Sequence record: MT129652.1
Direction: 5' to 3' (one strand)
DNA: 64,000 bases
Source of the DNA: Escherichia phage MN01
Shown: positions 48,224 through 58,072 of the stretch, piece after piece
Position numbering within the stretch: position 1 is the stretch's first letter
How the letters are laid out: every line of letters starts with the position of its first letter
Translations under genes and position numbers: made by a program
The notes under the pieces: generated by a model
Databases searched by the model: none
Told to the model about the DNA's origin: nothing
What the model saw: the letters and a program-made list of their open reading frames with translations, nothing else

Positions 48224-48748
48224 ATGGAAGCCAAATCAATCTTTAATCTGATTAATTACAATAATGGTAATTTTAAATCAGAAGCACAAAGCAAGTTCTT
48301 TAATGATGTTGCTTGTGCAGGTGAGATTACAGTATCAGGTGGCCAAACTTATAAAAACGCCTGGAACTGGATTGTGACTGTTGATTCAGTTGGTATTGTT
48401 GATGTGTATAAAAACACCAATAAAAACCGCTCTTTGTTCTGGTCAAGAGAGACTAATGCTGAGTATCAGGCAACAAGAGCAAAGAAAAATATGCCTACTG
48501 AATCTGATGTACAAAACATCAAATCAGATATCCAGTATTATGATGGTCTGATTGCTGAACAACAAGCGGTGCTTGATAAGTTCAATGAAATCAAAGCATG
48601 CAAAGAAATTCCTGAATTCATGCGGGAATCAGTTAATGAACAATACAATCTCACTTCAGAGCGTATTGAAACCTATACCAAACAAAGAGCAGAGCGCCAG
48701 GTACTCCTTCAGAAGTTTGAAGAGCGTTTAAAGACGGTTCTCGCATAA
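48224..48748 (+). CDS. hypothetical protein
   Basis: 174 aa ORF behind a promoter cassette. Confidence 0.5.
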   Translation: MEAKSIFNLINYNNGNFKSEAQSKFFNDVACAGEITVSGGQTYKNAWNWIVTVDSVGIVDVYKNTNKNRSLFWSRETNAEYQATRAKKNMPTESDVQNIKSDIQYYDGLIAEQQAVLDKFNEIKACKEIPEFMRESVNEQYNLTSERIETYTKQRAERQVLLQKFEERLKTVLA

Positions 48749-48811
48749 ACGCTTTATACCAAGGATGGTATAATGGTTCTGACCTTTGATTAATCTATTG
48801 AGGAAATTATT

Positions 48812-49660
48812 ATGTCACAAGCAATTAATGAAATTCGTTCTGAAGTTAAAAAAGCTATTAAATTTGGTCGTATTCCAAGCACCAAAGATGTGGTTTTAAA
48901 TGTTCTATATATGATGTGGAATAAGTTCAATGTTTGTACTAATTCCGCTGAATTCACTAAAATCTTTGAAAAGACCACTGGCCTTCTTACATTAGAAGAC
49001 CGAGTCATGAAAACTCTTCATCGTTCAGGTATGTTGTCTCGTGCTAATGCCAAAATTTTACTTAAAAATTATAACAAAGGCTATGACCTTTATGGTCGTG
49101 CGATTAGCACCATGACGTTTGATGAAGTGGTTAAAGACCTTTGGAAAAACCAGCGTCGTTTACTGGCATTAGGTGCTCGTTTAGCAAGCGGTCAAGATAA
49201 ACAAATGACCTTTAAAACCAATAATTCTTTAGATTATAAACTATTTAATGTTATTAAAGGTCAAAAAGAAGGCGAATACAGTATTTCTTCTTTTAGTGGC
49301 TGCCAATATGATAATTGGAAGTTCCATCTTCGTTTAGCATTGTCTGAACTGGAATGCCAGGGTGTTCTTACCTTTTATGATGTTCAAACTGGAGGTGTCC
49401 AGCGTATTAAATTATGTCAAATTAAAGACCAAGTTGAAGTCGAGAGCCCCATTGAACAAGCTCCTAAAATGGAACCTGTTCCAGTGCGAAGCAATGAAAA
49501 ATATTCAGAGCAAATTGAGCTTTTCACTAAACAGATTGAAGAGCTTAATATCACCATCCAGCAACAAGATGATGAAATTTTCCGTCTGGCGGGACTGAAT
49601 AACGCGGCGAAAGCCGAACGTCAGAAACTGATGAACGTTATTGAATTGCTTAAGGATTAA
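48812..49660 (+). CDS. hypothetical protein with C-terminal coiled coil
   Basis: 282 aa; GAGGAAA Shine-Dalgarno; TATAAT-type promoter upstream. Confidence 0.5.
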   Translation: MSQAINEIRSEVKKAIKFGRIPSTKDVVLNVLYMMWNKFNVCTNSAEFTKIFEKTTGLLTLEDRVMKTLHRSGMLSRANAKILLKNYNKGYDLYGRAISTMTFDEVVKDLWKNQRRLLALGARLASGQDKQMTFKTNNSLDYKLFNVIKGQKEGEYSISSFSGCQYDNWKFHLRLALSELECQGVLTFYDVQTGGVQRIKLCQIKDQVEVESPIEQAPKMEPVPVRSNEKYSEQIELFTKQIEELNITIQQQDDEIFRLAGLNNAAKAERQKLMNVIELLKD

Positions 49661-49744
49661 TAATGGAATGGCTTGCTGTTCTTGGTTATGTAATCGTCGC
49701 CACAGGTATTCTGTGGCTTATATTCTCAAATATTGTAGGTTAAT

Positions 49745-49960
49745 ATGACCATTTTGAGTATCAGTATTATTTTTGGCTATCTTGTGGTAGGATTTATTAC
49801 TACCCTGTTGCTCCACAAGTTTGATAGTCCCTACGAAAGTGGGGACGAGTATGATGCGGCGTTCACAACATTTTGCTGGCCTATATTCTGGGTAGTCGCT
49901 GTTATAATGTGTGTGACCTGGCCTATTGCTAAATTCTATGAAAAATTATTTGGACTATGA
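49745..49960 (+). CDS. small membrane protein
   Basis: 71 aa with two hydrophobic segments. Confidence 0.45.
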   Translation: MTILSISIIFGYLVVGFITTLLLHKFDSPYESGDEYDAAFTTFCWPIFWVVAVIMCVTWPIAKFYEKLFGL

Positions 49961-49961
49961 T

Positions 49962-50861
49962 ATGAAAATTAAAACTCGTGCTGAATATGCTAGTAGTTAT
50001 GAACCACATGACGGTCGTGTGACTCGTCTTATCGCAATGAATTCTTTGGTTAACTTTGGCAAAATCAAATCAGGTTCTGCTACCCAGGGGTATGGTCAAC
50101 GTATTGTAAGAATTAACTCTCTGAATGATTACTGCCGCCGCCCAGCGTTTTTGTTTGGTGCCACGGTTCGTAAGAGTATCAAGGAAATTCTGGCCGGCGG
50201 ATTTCGTATTCGCAAAGCTCCGGTTAACATCAAGAACTATAATTTTAACTCTGACAACTTGATTATCAATATCAAGAATGATGGTGTACAGATTAAGTTC
50301 AAACCAACCACCAAGGGCGATGTTGCTCTTTGTCATAACTTTAAAGAGGTTATGGGTATTGCGCTGTTTTATATGCGCCATGCTGTTGAATCGTACACGT
50401 TTGATGAAGATACAAATTATATCCACCAAACGGAAAAATTCCTCAAAACTATAGCTATTGATATTAAATTAACTAAAGAATATCTTTTGTCTTATGCTCC
50501 TTATCAAGAGAAAAATGAACCAGAAGATAAAAAGGAACCAGAAATGGAACGTATCCCTACCGCATCATATGGCCCAGCATTTGCAGGTCAGTTTAAATCT
50601 TACGACCAGACTAAAATTTCACCACTGGAAGTTAAAAATATGTATCAATGGAAAATCCAGCCCGACAGCTCTCTTGAAATCTTTAACCCACCAATGAAGC
50701 CTATTGAGAGCTATCATGCTGATGCTATCCGGGAATCGGTTAACCGCTTAAATGGTCTGATTGAAGATGAGAAAAAGGGTATCCAGGATGTTCTGAATCG
50801 CATCAAGAATATGGAAAAACAACGCAATAAATTGCAAGCTGCAATCAAAGCATTAAAATAA
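49962..50861 (+). CDS. hypothetical protein with C-terminal coiled coil
   Basis: start moved to the Met just after the upstream stop. Confidence 0.5.
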   Translation: MKIKTRAEYASSYEPHDGRVTRLIAMNSLVNFGKIKSGSATQGYGQRIVRINSLNDYCRRPAFLFGATVRKSIKEILAGGFRIRKAPVNIKNYNFNSDNLIINIKNDGVQIKFKPTTKGDVALCHNFKEVMGIALFYMRHAVESYTFDEDTNYIHQTEKFLKTIAIDIKLTKEYLLSYAPYQEKNEPEDKKEPEMERIPTASYGPAFAGQFKSYDQTKISPLEVKNMYQWKIQPDSSLEIFNPPMKPIESYHADAIRESVNRLNGLIEDEKKGIQDVLNRIKNMEKQRNKLQAAIKALK

Positions 50862-50919
50862 TGTTTACTTCCAAGGATGGAGGGAGTATAATGAATTCCT
50901 ACTTTATGAGGAGAACACT

Positions 50920-51912
50920 ATGACGCGTAACGAATATATCCAGGCCTTTAATACCACTATTGATGCAAAAGTAAAACCATTAATAGGTGAATCGGCTATC
51001 CTTTTAATTATCAATTACTGGTTAAATCAGATTGACTCGACGATTGTTGCATCCGGTCGCTTCAAGAAAGACATTGCGACTATTGCGAGTCGTGCCGGTA
51101 AAGATGATATCAAGAAAACTTTTAAAGGTTCCCGAGTCCTGGCATACCTAGTTAATAAAGACCTTCTTAATAAGTTTGGTGTTGAATCCAGACGTGGTAA
51201 AGGTACAATTGGATATCATTGGTTTGGTGATGTTGAAAAATACTACCTTGATAATCAAGGCTATACTGTTTCTGAATTCGCAAATTGCTGGGCTCGTGAA
51301 TTCAGAGATAACAAAATGTCTATCATCAAATCAGCGACAAAATTGATGGGTGGCGATTATCGCACTATCTCCCATTTGGCTGAGCACATGATAAAGGTTA
51401 AAGAGTCTGGTGCAAACCAGGTAATTATTACAGCTAAGTATGGATTCTTTACGCCAGTGGCTACCCCAGAAAATGTCAAAAAGTATTTTGATGCTGCAAG
51501 TACGCTTACTTCACAGATGCAGTGTGCCCTTAATTATATGCGTACTGTTGAAAAAATTAAAGTAGACCCTATCACCAGTACTCATGGTTGGAAAGGTTGG
51601 AAAATTGTGGTGACATTACGCGAAGTTAAATGTGCAAAGCAACCAACTGTTGCAGAAATCCATAAAAAGAAAAATGAGGAAATTATGAACGCTCCGCATG
51701 AAGTTACCACCCTTGAAGACCTGATTGATAATCTGAATAATGAGCCAGTGAAACAAAAAGCGCCTGAAATTGTTGCCCTGGAAACAGCGTATAATGAAGC
51801 TCTTGCTGTTAATAAAAAAGCAACTGAAGACTATACAAAAGCCAAGCGACTTTGGGAAGAATCAACCAATCGTCTGGATAAACTGGAACAGGCCCTGGAG
51901 CTGCTGAAATGA
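50920..51912 (+). CDS. hypothetical protein with C-terminal coiled coil
   Basis: 330 aa; GAGGAGAA Shine-Dalgarno; promoter cassette upstream. Confidence 0.5.
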   Translation: MTRNEYIQAFNTTIDAKVKPLIGESAILLIINYWLNQIDSTIVASGRFKKDIATIASRAGKDDIKKTFKGSRVLAYLVNKDLLNKFGVESRRGKGTIGYHWFGDVEKYYLDNQGYTVSEFANCWAREFRDNKMSIIKSATKLMGGDYRTISHLAEHMIKVKESGANQVIITAKYGFFTPVATPENVKKYFDAASTLTSQMQCALNYMRTVEKIKVDPITSTHGWKGWKIVVTLREVKCAKQPTVAEIHKKKNEEIMNAPHEVTTLEDLIDNLNNEPVKQKAPEIVALETAYNEALAVNKKATEDYTKAKRLWEESTNRLDKLEQALELLK

Positions 51913-52247
51913 AACAACGTTTAGCTGAAGATATTGCAGAAACTGCATTTCCAGAATGGACCCCCGCTGTGGGGGTTAATAAAGGTCTTTTAAAATTTAT
52001 TGAAAACGCCGAAGGCGAAGACCTTGTACAGTTAGGAAAGATTCATGGCTGTGATGATTATAGTCAGGTTCCCGATTGGGATATGGTAATGGCTATGGTT
52101 CGCCGCCGTGAACGCGCTTCTAAGAGCGTTCCAAACTGTCCAGAATGCGGAACTGAACAGGTCCAGTTGGTCCATTGGCAGACTAGCAATCTTCGTTATA
52201 AATGCAGACATTGTAAACACAAATTTGAGCGAGAAGAAAATGATTAA
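51909..52247 (+). CDS. zinc-ribbon protein, hypothetical
   Basis: C-terminal CPECG...CRHCKHKF. Confidence 0.45.
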   Translation: MKQRLAEDIAETAFPEWTPAVGVNKGLLKFIENAEGEDLVQLGKIHGCDDYSQVPDWDMVMAMVRRRERASKSVPNCPECGTEQVQLVHWQTSNLRYKCRHCKHKFEREEND

Positions 52248-52419
52248 TTTAGACGAATTAAAAAAGCTTAAAGAAAAATGTGCTTTGGATATAAATGACT
52301 TCGCAAAACAAATTTGTGAAGTCCAGCCCATGCCGGATAATTTAGTGTCAGACATCCTGGAAGCACTTGATGGTAAATCACTTGTAATCAGTCCGCGAGA
52401 AGAAAATGGCAAAGCGTAA
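52240..52419 (+). CDS. small protein, hypothetical
   Basis: start moved to [10 protein letters not shown]. Confidence 0.35.
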   Translation: MINLDELKKLKEKCALDINDFAKQICEVQPMPDNLVSDILEALDGKSLVISPREENGKA

Positions 52420-52648
52420 AGAATATCTTGAGACTGCTGATAAGGTGGTCCGTGAATTAACTCTGGCCTATTATAAAGAACACGGTAAACTTCCGGATAG
52501 TTATTCAGTATTGAAATCTGCTTTAACTCGTTCATATAATAATATGCGTTCAGAAGTTTATGGTATTATGGTCAAACATAAAGAACAAACCGGTCAATAC
52601 CCCGATTATACTGAGACCTTCAAACAAGTATTAGGAATTAAGGAATAA
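52406..52648 (+). CDS. hypothetical protein
   Basis: 80 aa ORF. Confidence 0.45.
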   Translation: MAKRKEYLETADKVVRELTLAYYKEHGKLPDSYSVLKSALTRSYNNMRSEVYGIMVKHKEQTGQYPDYTETFKQVLGIKE

Positions 52649-52649
52649 T

Positions 52650-52913
52650 ATGTTTAAAGTATATGGTTATGATTCATCTATTCATCGCTGCGTTTTCTGC
52701 GATAATGCAAAACGTCTACTTGACGTTAAAAAACAACCTTACGAATTCATCAATGTTATGCCGGAAAAAGGTGTGTTTGATGATGAGAAGATTGCTCAAC
52801 TCCTGGCTGCACTTGGTCGCGAATCCCAAATTGGTTTGACCATGCCGCAAGTATTTGCCCCTGACGGAAGTCATATTGGTGGCTTCGACCAACTGCGAGC
52901 ATATTTCAAATGA
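52650..52913 (+). CDS. nrdC: thioredoxin/glutaredoxin (T4 NrdC-like)
   Basis: 87 aa; MFKVYGYDS..CVFCDNAKRLL..GLTMPQVFAPDGSHIGGFDQLR nearly identical to T4 NrdC. Confidence 0.92.
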   Translation: MFKVYGYDSSIHRCVFCDNAKRLLDVKKQPYEFINVMPEKGVFDDEKIAQLLAALGRESQIGLTMPQVFAPDGSHIGGFDQLRAYFK

Positions 52914-53077
52914 TTGAATTATTGTTGGGTATTTTGTATCTTATCATCGGTATTGGTTATGCTAAGACCCTAGCTAAATTAGATGATTTCGGTGCAGGTG
53001 ACTTTTGCTGGTGGCTAACGTCTATGATTTGTTGGCCTTTATTTCTGGTTGGTGCTTCATTCTGGAACTTTAAATGA
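52910..53077 (+). CDS. small membrane protein (55 aa, below ORF-track cutoff)
   Basis: ATGA overlap with the nrdC stop; two hydrophobic segments; read by eye. Confidence 0.35.
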   Translation: MIELLLGILYLIIGIGYAKTLAKLDDFGAGDFCWWLTSMICWPLFLVGASFWNFK

Positions 53078-53099
53078 TTGACAAATTTATGGTGGAATT

Positions 53100-53408
53100 A
53101 TGAGTGAATTAGACGGACAAACAATTTATCTGGGTGACGGTAAAGAAGACGACCTGGAATATAAACTATACGAATACATGGTAGCCCTGGCAAAGGAAGA
53201 AGGTATTGACTTTGCTGTGGCTAACCCGTATGGTGAGAACACTGTTGTAATTGGCGGCACTGCTTATGAAGTCCAATGGCAATACGTTGGCCTTGAATCT
53301 GAAGTATATGAAGAAGATAAGCATGGCGATTGGCATCCCATGGGCCCTTGGTACTGGGACGACGGCGAGCCTGATTTTGAAGTATCAAGCTATTGGAGTG
53401 ACCAATGA
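53100..53408 (+). CDS. acidic protein, hypothetical
   Basis: 102 aa ORF. Confidence 0.45.
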   Translation: MSELDGQTIYLGDGKEDDLEYKLYEYMVALAKEEGIDFAVANPYGENTVVIGGTAYEVQWQYVGLESEVYEEDKHGDWHPMGPWYWDDGEPDFEVSSYWSDQ

Positions 53409-53725
53409 CTATTGAAAATGAATTAGATGTTGATGCTGTTTTAAGCGAAATCATTGAAGACCATGATGCGTTTACTGAATCATACGAGTTTGAATTTTCG
53501 GACTACCTGGTTCCGGTTGAATTAGGCGAATGGACACAAACCGGCAAATACCAATATCGCCAAGCAATTTATTTCAGCAAGAAACATAACGTGCATGTGG
53601 CCGTAAACGAAACTCGTACTGGTTCTTATCATACTGACTGGGACCATATGGTCCCGACTGTTGAACTGGTCAAGCTCCAAGAACGTGTCGTAACCCAAAC
53701 TATCAGAGAATGGATTACGCTATAA
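53405..53725 (+). CDS. acidic protein, hypothetical
   Basis: 106 aa, ATGA coupling. Confidence 0.45.
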   Translation: MTIENELDVDAVLSEIIEDHDAFTESYEFEFSDYLVPVELGEWTQTGKYQYRQAIYFSKKHNVHVAVNETRTGSYHTDWDHMVPTVELVKLQERVVTQTIREWITL

Positions 53726-53842
53726 AACCATGGTATACCGCTCGATGGGAAACCGTCGAGCCAGAGGAACCTGTTTACAACGATTCCGAAATAGATTATA
53801 ATGAACCTTCAAACAATGATTTAATCGATATGGAGTTTGGAT

Positions 53843-54016
53843 ATGAGTACCAAAATTGAAATCGGCCGTCATAAAGGCCGTCTGATTGAACATTCGCTTT
53901 ATGAATTGTCGGATTCTCGTAAGTTACCCGATGAAGAATCTGCTTTGATTTTTGCCGCAGCTGACTACATTCATTGGCTTGAAGCCCAACTCCGCTTTTC
54001 TGATGAGGCCTTCTGA
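53843..54016 (+). CDS. small protein (57 aa, below cutoff), hypothetical
   Basis: ATG after GGATAT; stop overlaps the next ATG; read by eye. Confidence 0.3.
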   Translation: MSTKIEIGRHKGRLIEHSLYELSDSRKLPDEESALIFAAADYIHWLEAQLRFSDEAF

Positions 54017-54318
54017 TGAATTTATTTGAATTTGAAGGTAAAACTATTCGTATTACTGAAGAAGATGTCGACCATTATGTTGACTGGCCTGAATTAAACG
54101 GCAATCGCGGTTTTGAGTCAGGCGAGCTCTGTGAAGGTGCTGAAGTTAAAATCTTGAAGGTGGAGATTTCTCCATGGGGCAATCCTGAAATCATTGGCGT
54201 AACTGCTATCGAATTCAATGGTAAGGTATACGAATACACTAAAGAAATGTTTGAAGATACTAAAGCTTCATTCTGGTGTTTTTGGACTAACGATGATAAT
54301 GAATTTGAGGTCGCATGA
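54016..54318 (+). CDS. hypothetical protein
   Basis: 100 aa ORF. Confidence 0.45.
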   Translation: MNLFEFEGKTIRITEEDVDHYVDWPELNGNRGFESGELCEGAEVKILKVEISPWGNPEIIGVTAIEFNGKVYEYTKEMFEDTKASFWCFWTNDDNEFEVA

Positions 54319-54491
54319 AAACTGCATTAGTCTATACCGAAAAGTTAAACGGTGACAAGGTCTGGAAACTTCTTATCAAAGGAAGCCCTACTGACCAGTT
54401 TATGGCCACCTGTGTGGGATTGTATACTCGTCCTACCAAAAAGATGATTCGTCAATTTAAACGGTTGCACCGTTCGTTCTACGGGGTCTGA
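54315..54491 (+). CDS. small basic protein (58 aa, below cutoff), hypothetical
   Basis: ATGA overlap with the upstream stop; read by eye. Confidence 0.3.
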   Translation: MKTALVYTEKLNGDKVWKLLIKGSPTDQFMATCVGLYTRPTKKMIRQFKRLHRSFYGV

Positions 54492-54590
54492 TATGGATGC
54501 TCTTATTACGGTATTTTGGGTCGGAGTTGTTTTATTCGGATTGTTGTTAGTGCTAAGTTGCACTGCTAAACTATTAGGATATTAATAAAT

Positions 54591-54615
54591 ACCCTTATCT
54601 AATAATGGTAAGGGT
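54591..54615 (+). promoter_or_regulatory. hairpin sequestering the gene 49 Shine-Dalgarno, with late-promoter-like AATAAATA upstream
   Basis: ACCCTTA-loop-TAAGGGT with AAGGG Shine-Dalgarno in the 3-prime arm 6 nt before the ATG; same GGATA(T)TAATAAATACCC context as gene e. Confidence 0.5.
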
Positions 54616-54620
54616 TTATT

Positions 54621-55094
54621 ATGTTGTTGACTGGCAAATTATACAAAGAAGAAAAACAAAAACTTTATGATGCACAAGCTGGTAAGTGTCCAATTTGCCA
54701 CCGTGATTTGGACTCTGATGTTCAGGCCAACCATCTTGACCATGACCACGAATTGAACGGGCCAAAAGCCGGTAAGGTTCGCGGGTTACTATGCAATCTG
54801 TGCAATGGAACAGAAGGGCAAATGAAGCATAAGTTCAGCCGTTCGGGTCTGAAAGGTCGTGATGTTGACTACCTGGAATGGTTAGAGAGTTTGCTTGTCT
54901 ATCTGAAATCTGATTATACCGAAAACAATATTCACCCTAATTTTGTGACAGACAAAGCTAAAGAGTTCGGTCGCCTGGGGAAAGAAGAAATGATTCAGGA
55001 AATGCTTTTGAACGGCATGACTTATAATGAATCTGATACGAAGCCTAAACTACAAGCTTCATTTAAAAAACAACTGAGGAAATCGCTTAAATGA
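54621..55094 (+). CDS. 49: endonuclease VII, Holliday junction resolvase (T4 gp49)
   Basis: 157 aa; MLLTGKLYKEEKQK..DHDHELNGPKAGKVRGLLCNLCN nearly identical to T4 endonuclease VII. Confidence 0.95.
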   Translation: MLLTGKLYKEEKQKLYDAQAGKCPICHRDLDSDVQANHLDHDHELNGPKAGKVRGLLCNLCNGTEGQMKHKFSRSGLKGRDVDYLEWLESLLVYLKSDYTENNIHPNFVTDKAKEFGRLGKEEMIQEMLLNGMTYNESDTKPKLQASFKKQLRKSLK

Positions 55095-55179
55095 TTAATT
55101 TTTATGGAATTATTGTATATTGTATTGGCGAAGCTATAAACAATTTAATACGATTGATGGGTGAGGAGTATCCTTCTCA

Positions 55180-55431
55180 ATGGCTATTCCTCGTAACCAA
55201 TACAGGACCTTTCTAATGAACAAATTTCGTAATGCTGTTTCTGATATCCTGGCCAATATTACATTTGTCTTGTTTATTGTGTGCCTTTTAATTCTGGTCG
55301 TCCCATTTGGATTGCTGTTTGTGATGATTGGCGCCCTGAGTACTGAAAAGGGCCTTGAAGGGTCTGAGTTCGACAAACGAATCCAGGCTGTCCATAGTGT
55401 TATTGCTAAAATGATGAAGGTGAAAGAATGA
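55180..55431 (+). CDS. small membrane protein
   Basis: 83 aa; one long hydrophobic segment. Confidence 0.45.
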   Translation: MAIPRNQYRTFLMNKFRNAVSDILANITFVLFIVCLLILVVPFGLLFVMIGALSTEKGLEGSEFDKRIQAVHSVIAKMMKVKE

Positions 55432-55727
55432 AACGTTTTGAAGAATATGTAGCTACTAATTGGACTGCATGGGACAAGTTCGGTGATGAATGGTACTTCC
55501 ACGACTGTGACCTGGACCCGAAATTCTTTGCTGATAAAGAAGAAGACCTTAAAGATATCTATGCTCTATCTGAGATTCATGGAATCAAACCGACGGTTTA
55601 TTTCTCTTTCGATGACACAGGTTTCCTTATTCAGATTTATGTCCCGTACGCAACTTCCAGCGATGAAGAAGTTATTAAAACCTGGAACTACCAAGGAGTG
55701 ATTTCCTGTGGGCCAAAACTCGACTAA
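55428..55727 (+). CDS. hypothetical protein
   Basis: 99 aa, ATGA coupling. Confidence 0.45.
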   Translation: MKRFEEYVATNWTAWDKFGDEWYFHDCDLDPKFFADKEEDLKDIYALSEIHGIKPTVYFSFDDTGFLIQIYVPYATSSDEEVIKTWNYQGVISCGPKLD

Positions 55728-56025
55728 GATTGAAATCTATGGTATTCCCGAAGAAGTCGGTCGATGCCCAGGTTGTATGCACGTCAGGAGCCTTCTGGGC
55801 TCCTTAAACCTTCCTTATACATTCTATTCAGTCCTTAACAAACAAGGCTCTGAAATCGCTTATGACAGGCCTTTAATCGTGTCTCTGGCCAAGCGTGCTG
55901 GATATCCTACCCTTAACATTCGTTACCCGGTGATTTTTGTCAATGATGAAAAAATGACCAATATTCCTGCCTTTAAAACAAAACTGATATCCCTGGGGTA
56001 TGACCAGGACTTAATTGAAGATTAA
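55708..56025 (+). CDS. glutaredoxin/thioredoxin-fold protein (NrdH-like)
   Basis: KIEIYGIPEEVGRCPGCMHV: beta-strand then C-P-G-C redox motif. Confidence 0.6.
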   Translation: MGQNSTKIEIYGIPEEVGRCPGCMHVRSLLGSLNLPYTFYSVLNKQGSEIAYDRPLIVSLAKRAGYPTLNIRYPVIFVNDEKMTNIPAFKTKLISLGYDQDLIED

Positions 56026-56061
56026 AAAGGGGTGTACAAGCCCCTTTGAATGATGTATCAT
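56026..56061 (+). promoter_or_regulatory. stem-loop plus early promoter cassette
   Basis: AAAGGGG-tGTGTACaag-CCCCTTT hairpin with the -35-like GTGTAC in its loop, then TATCAT and the conserved leader. Confidence 0.45.
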
Positions 56062-56092
56062 TATCCCATCAACTACTGATGAGGAAAACATA

Positions 56093-56269
56093 ATGACTAT
56101 CCAAGATAAAGAAATTAAAGTCAACCAGTATTATTCAATCAACGGCAAAGCTGTTCTAGTAACTGAAATATCTAGCCTGGATGTGTGGTATACCATAATT
56201 GACCTTAATATTAAAATGATTTGTGACCGTGGTGTATTTTGTTCGATAGCTAAGGAAATTAAATTATGA
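56093..56269 (+). CDS. small protein (58 aa, below cutoff), hypothetical
   Basis: ATG after GAGGAAAA; stop overlaps the next ATG. Confidence 0.4.
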   Translation: MTIQDKEIKVNQYYSINGKAVLVTEISSLDVWYTIIDLNIKMICDRGVFCSIAKEIKL

Positions 56270-56520
56270 GCCTGAAATTACACTCAATGAAAAATATCAT
56301 TACCCTTAATCTGGATGATGAGCGCCTAATTTTTCTCACCGTCACTGATAAGAATATTGAAATTGCAAATGGTCCTAAGACTTATTGCTGCCCAGTGAAG
56401 AATTGGAAGCATGTAACCTTTTTGACCCTGTGTGACCGTCTGAAAGACCTTAAGTTGGATTTGGATGTCAAAGATATCCAGTACATTAAAAATCTTATTG
56501 GATACAAACTGTTGAGGTAA
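56266..56520 (+). CDS. hypothetical protein
   Basis: 84 aa ORF. Confidence 0.45.
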   Translation: MSLKLHSMKNIITLNLDDERLIFLTVTDKNIEIANGPKTYCCPVKNWKHVTFLTLCDRLKDLKLDLDVKDIQYIKNLIGYKLLR

Positions 56521-56522
56521 CT

Positions 56523-56816
56523 ATGGGTAAAACTATTCGTCGTAAAGATTTGTCTTCTAAAGATTTTAATTGCATAGCTAGACGTAAAGCGCCTGATGGT
56601 GTATCAGAAGAAACTTTAAACGAAAATATCTTCCGTTCAGACAAATGGAAGCGCATGAGCGGTGTTGATTCTGAAGTTAAGAATGAAATGAATCGTCAAC
56701 TGCGTAAAGAAGTTCGTCAGTTGAAAAAAGATGTATACGTTGAGGATGATTTGGATTATAATACTTCTCACCGTGTTGCAAAGCGTAAATCAAACGAATG
56801 CTATCGTTACAGCTGA
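56523..56816 (+). CDS. basic protein, hypothetical
   Basis: 97 aa Lys/Arg-rich ORF. Confidence 0.45.
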   Translation: MGKTIRRKDLSSKDFNCIARRKAPDGVSEETLNENIFRSDKWKRMSGVDSEVKNEMNRQLRKEVRQLKKDVYVEDDLDYNTSHRVAKRKSNECYRYS

Positions 56817-56823
56817 GGAAAAT

Positions 56824-56955
56824 ATGAATATCAAACGTATGCTTTTTAAACAAGGGTTATACACTTTAAATTCTGCTCCAAAAGGCGATACAACCAAGTG
56901 GTCAGTAAATGACTGGATTGAATTTATTGATGAAAACGGTAACTGGAAAATTTAA
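56824..56955 (+). CDS. small protein (43 aa), hypothetical
   Basis: start moved to the Met after GAGGAAAA. Confidence 0.3.
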   Translation: MNIKRMLFKQGLYTLNSAPKGDTTKWSVNDWIEFIDENGNWKI

Positions 56956-56956
56956 A

Positions 56957-57154
56957 ATGAATCCACAATCTAAATTGTCACAACGTATTGCAGAAGAACG
57001 TGCCAAATTTTTCCAGAACATGAAACACTCTGGCATTGAGGATGAAGTTTTTCTGAACTGGTTTTGGAATAATAAGTATGCAGCATGTGAAGGCGCACTG
57101 CTTTTGTCCGTTGCAATGATGTATGAAGGCTGGAAAGCGGCTAAAGCGCAATAA
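56957..57154 (+). CDS. small protein, hypothetical
   Basis: start moved to MNPQSKL. Confidence 0.35.
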   Translation: MNPQSKLSQRIAEERAKFFQNMKHSGIEDEVFLNWFWNNKYAACEGALLLSVAMMYEGWKAAKAQ

Positions 57155-57226
57155 AAACCAACGGGGTCATGGTATAATGACCCCAGGATAATAAAATTTT
57201 AATTTAATGAGACTGAGGAATATATC

Positions 57227-57553
57227 ATGACTGCATCTATCACTAACATCATCGCTAATTTCGCATTTGCTAAAGTTAACACTCTGATGAAATCTGGTTT
57301 TGTTACCCCTGAGATTCTGGACCAGTGGGAAGGCGATGTACAGAAACTGATTATTGCGGAAGGTCAGACAATGGGTAAAGCGCGTATTCGTGAAAGCCTT
57401 GTCCAGTATATCCTGAATGAATTTGATGTAGTAGCGTTTGGTTTACCGCTTCTGCGTGAAAACAAAGAAGTTTCTGATAAAGCTATCAAGCGTATGAAGT
57501 CCCAACGCAAGAAGGGGTTTGTTGACCTGAAAATTGTTAAGGGTGCAAAATGA
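57227..57553 (+). CDS. hypothetical protein
   Basis: 108 aa; GAGGAATA Shine-Dalgarno and TATAAT promoter upstream. Confidence 0.5.
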   Translation: MTASITNIIANFAFAKVNTLMKSGFVTPEILDQWEGDVQKLIIAEGQTMGKARIRESLVQYILNEFDVVAFGLPLLRENKEVSDKAIKRMKSQRKKGFVDLKIVKGAK

Positions 57554-57813
57554 TGTGCCCTGCTATTGAATTACCTGAAGGTGTTGCGGTAATAGTATCT
57601 TACAAACATACGTATGCTAATGGAATTCGCCGAGCTCATAAAATTAGTCACGGTTACTATTTACAAAGGACTTTAAATTATTTCATTTCAATGGGATATG
57701 AATTCAGAATCTATCCTATGTGTACTAAAACCAAGTACACTAAAATCGATGCTTGGGAAGCTTGGGCGGAAGGCATGACATTAGACGAATTCCTGGACTA
57801 CTTAAATGATTAA
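57550..57813 (+). CDS. hypothetical protein
   Basis: 87 aa, ATGA coupling. Confidence 0.45.
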   Translation: MMCPAIELPEGVAVIVSYKHTYANGIRRAHKISHGYYLQRTLNYFISMGYEFRIYPMCTKTKYTKIDAWEAWAEGMTLDEFLDYLND

Positions 57814-58072
57814 AATAAAACTCTCTAATTACGATAAAAACCTGGAAATGATTACTATGAAAGAAGAACTCCTGAATGATGTCCGCTTTACGGGTTATGC
57901 AGTTCAATTTAATAATGCTGGTGTTCTCCAGATTGAAGGTGACCACTTTATTATCGAATATGAATTTAAACAGTATTGGTTGTATGCCAAAGATGAAGTA
58001 GGTGGGATTGATTATGTTGACCAGTTTGATAAGCTTGACGATGTTTTAGAAGCTGCTCAGATGGTGTACTGA
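57806..58072 (+). CDS. hypothetical protein
   Basis: 88 aa ORF. Confidence 0.45.
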   Translation: MIKIKLSNYDKNLEMITMKEELLNDVRFTGYAVQFNNAGVLQIEGDHFIIEYEFKQYWLYAKDEVGGIDYVDQFDKLDDVLEAAQMVY

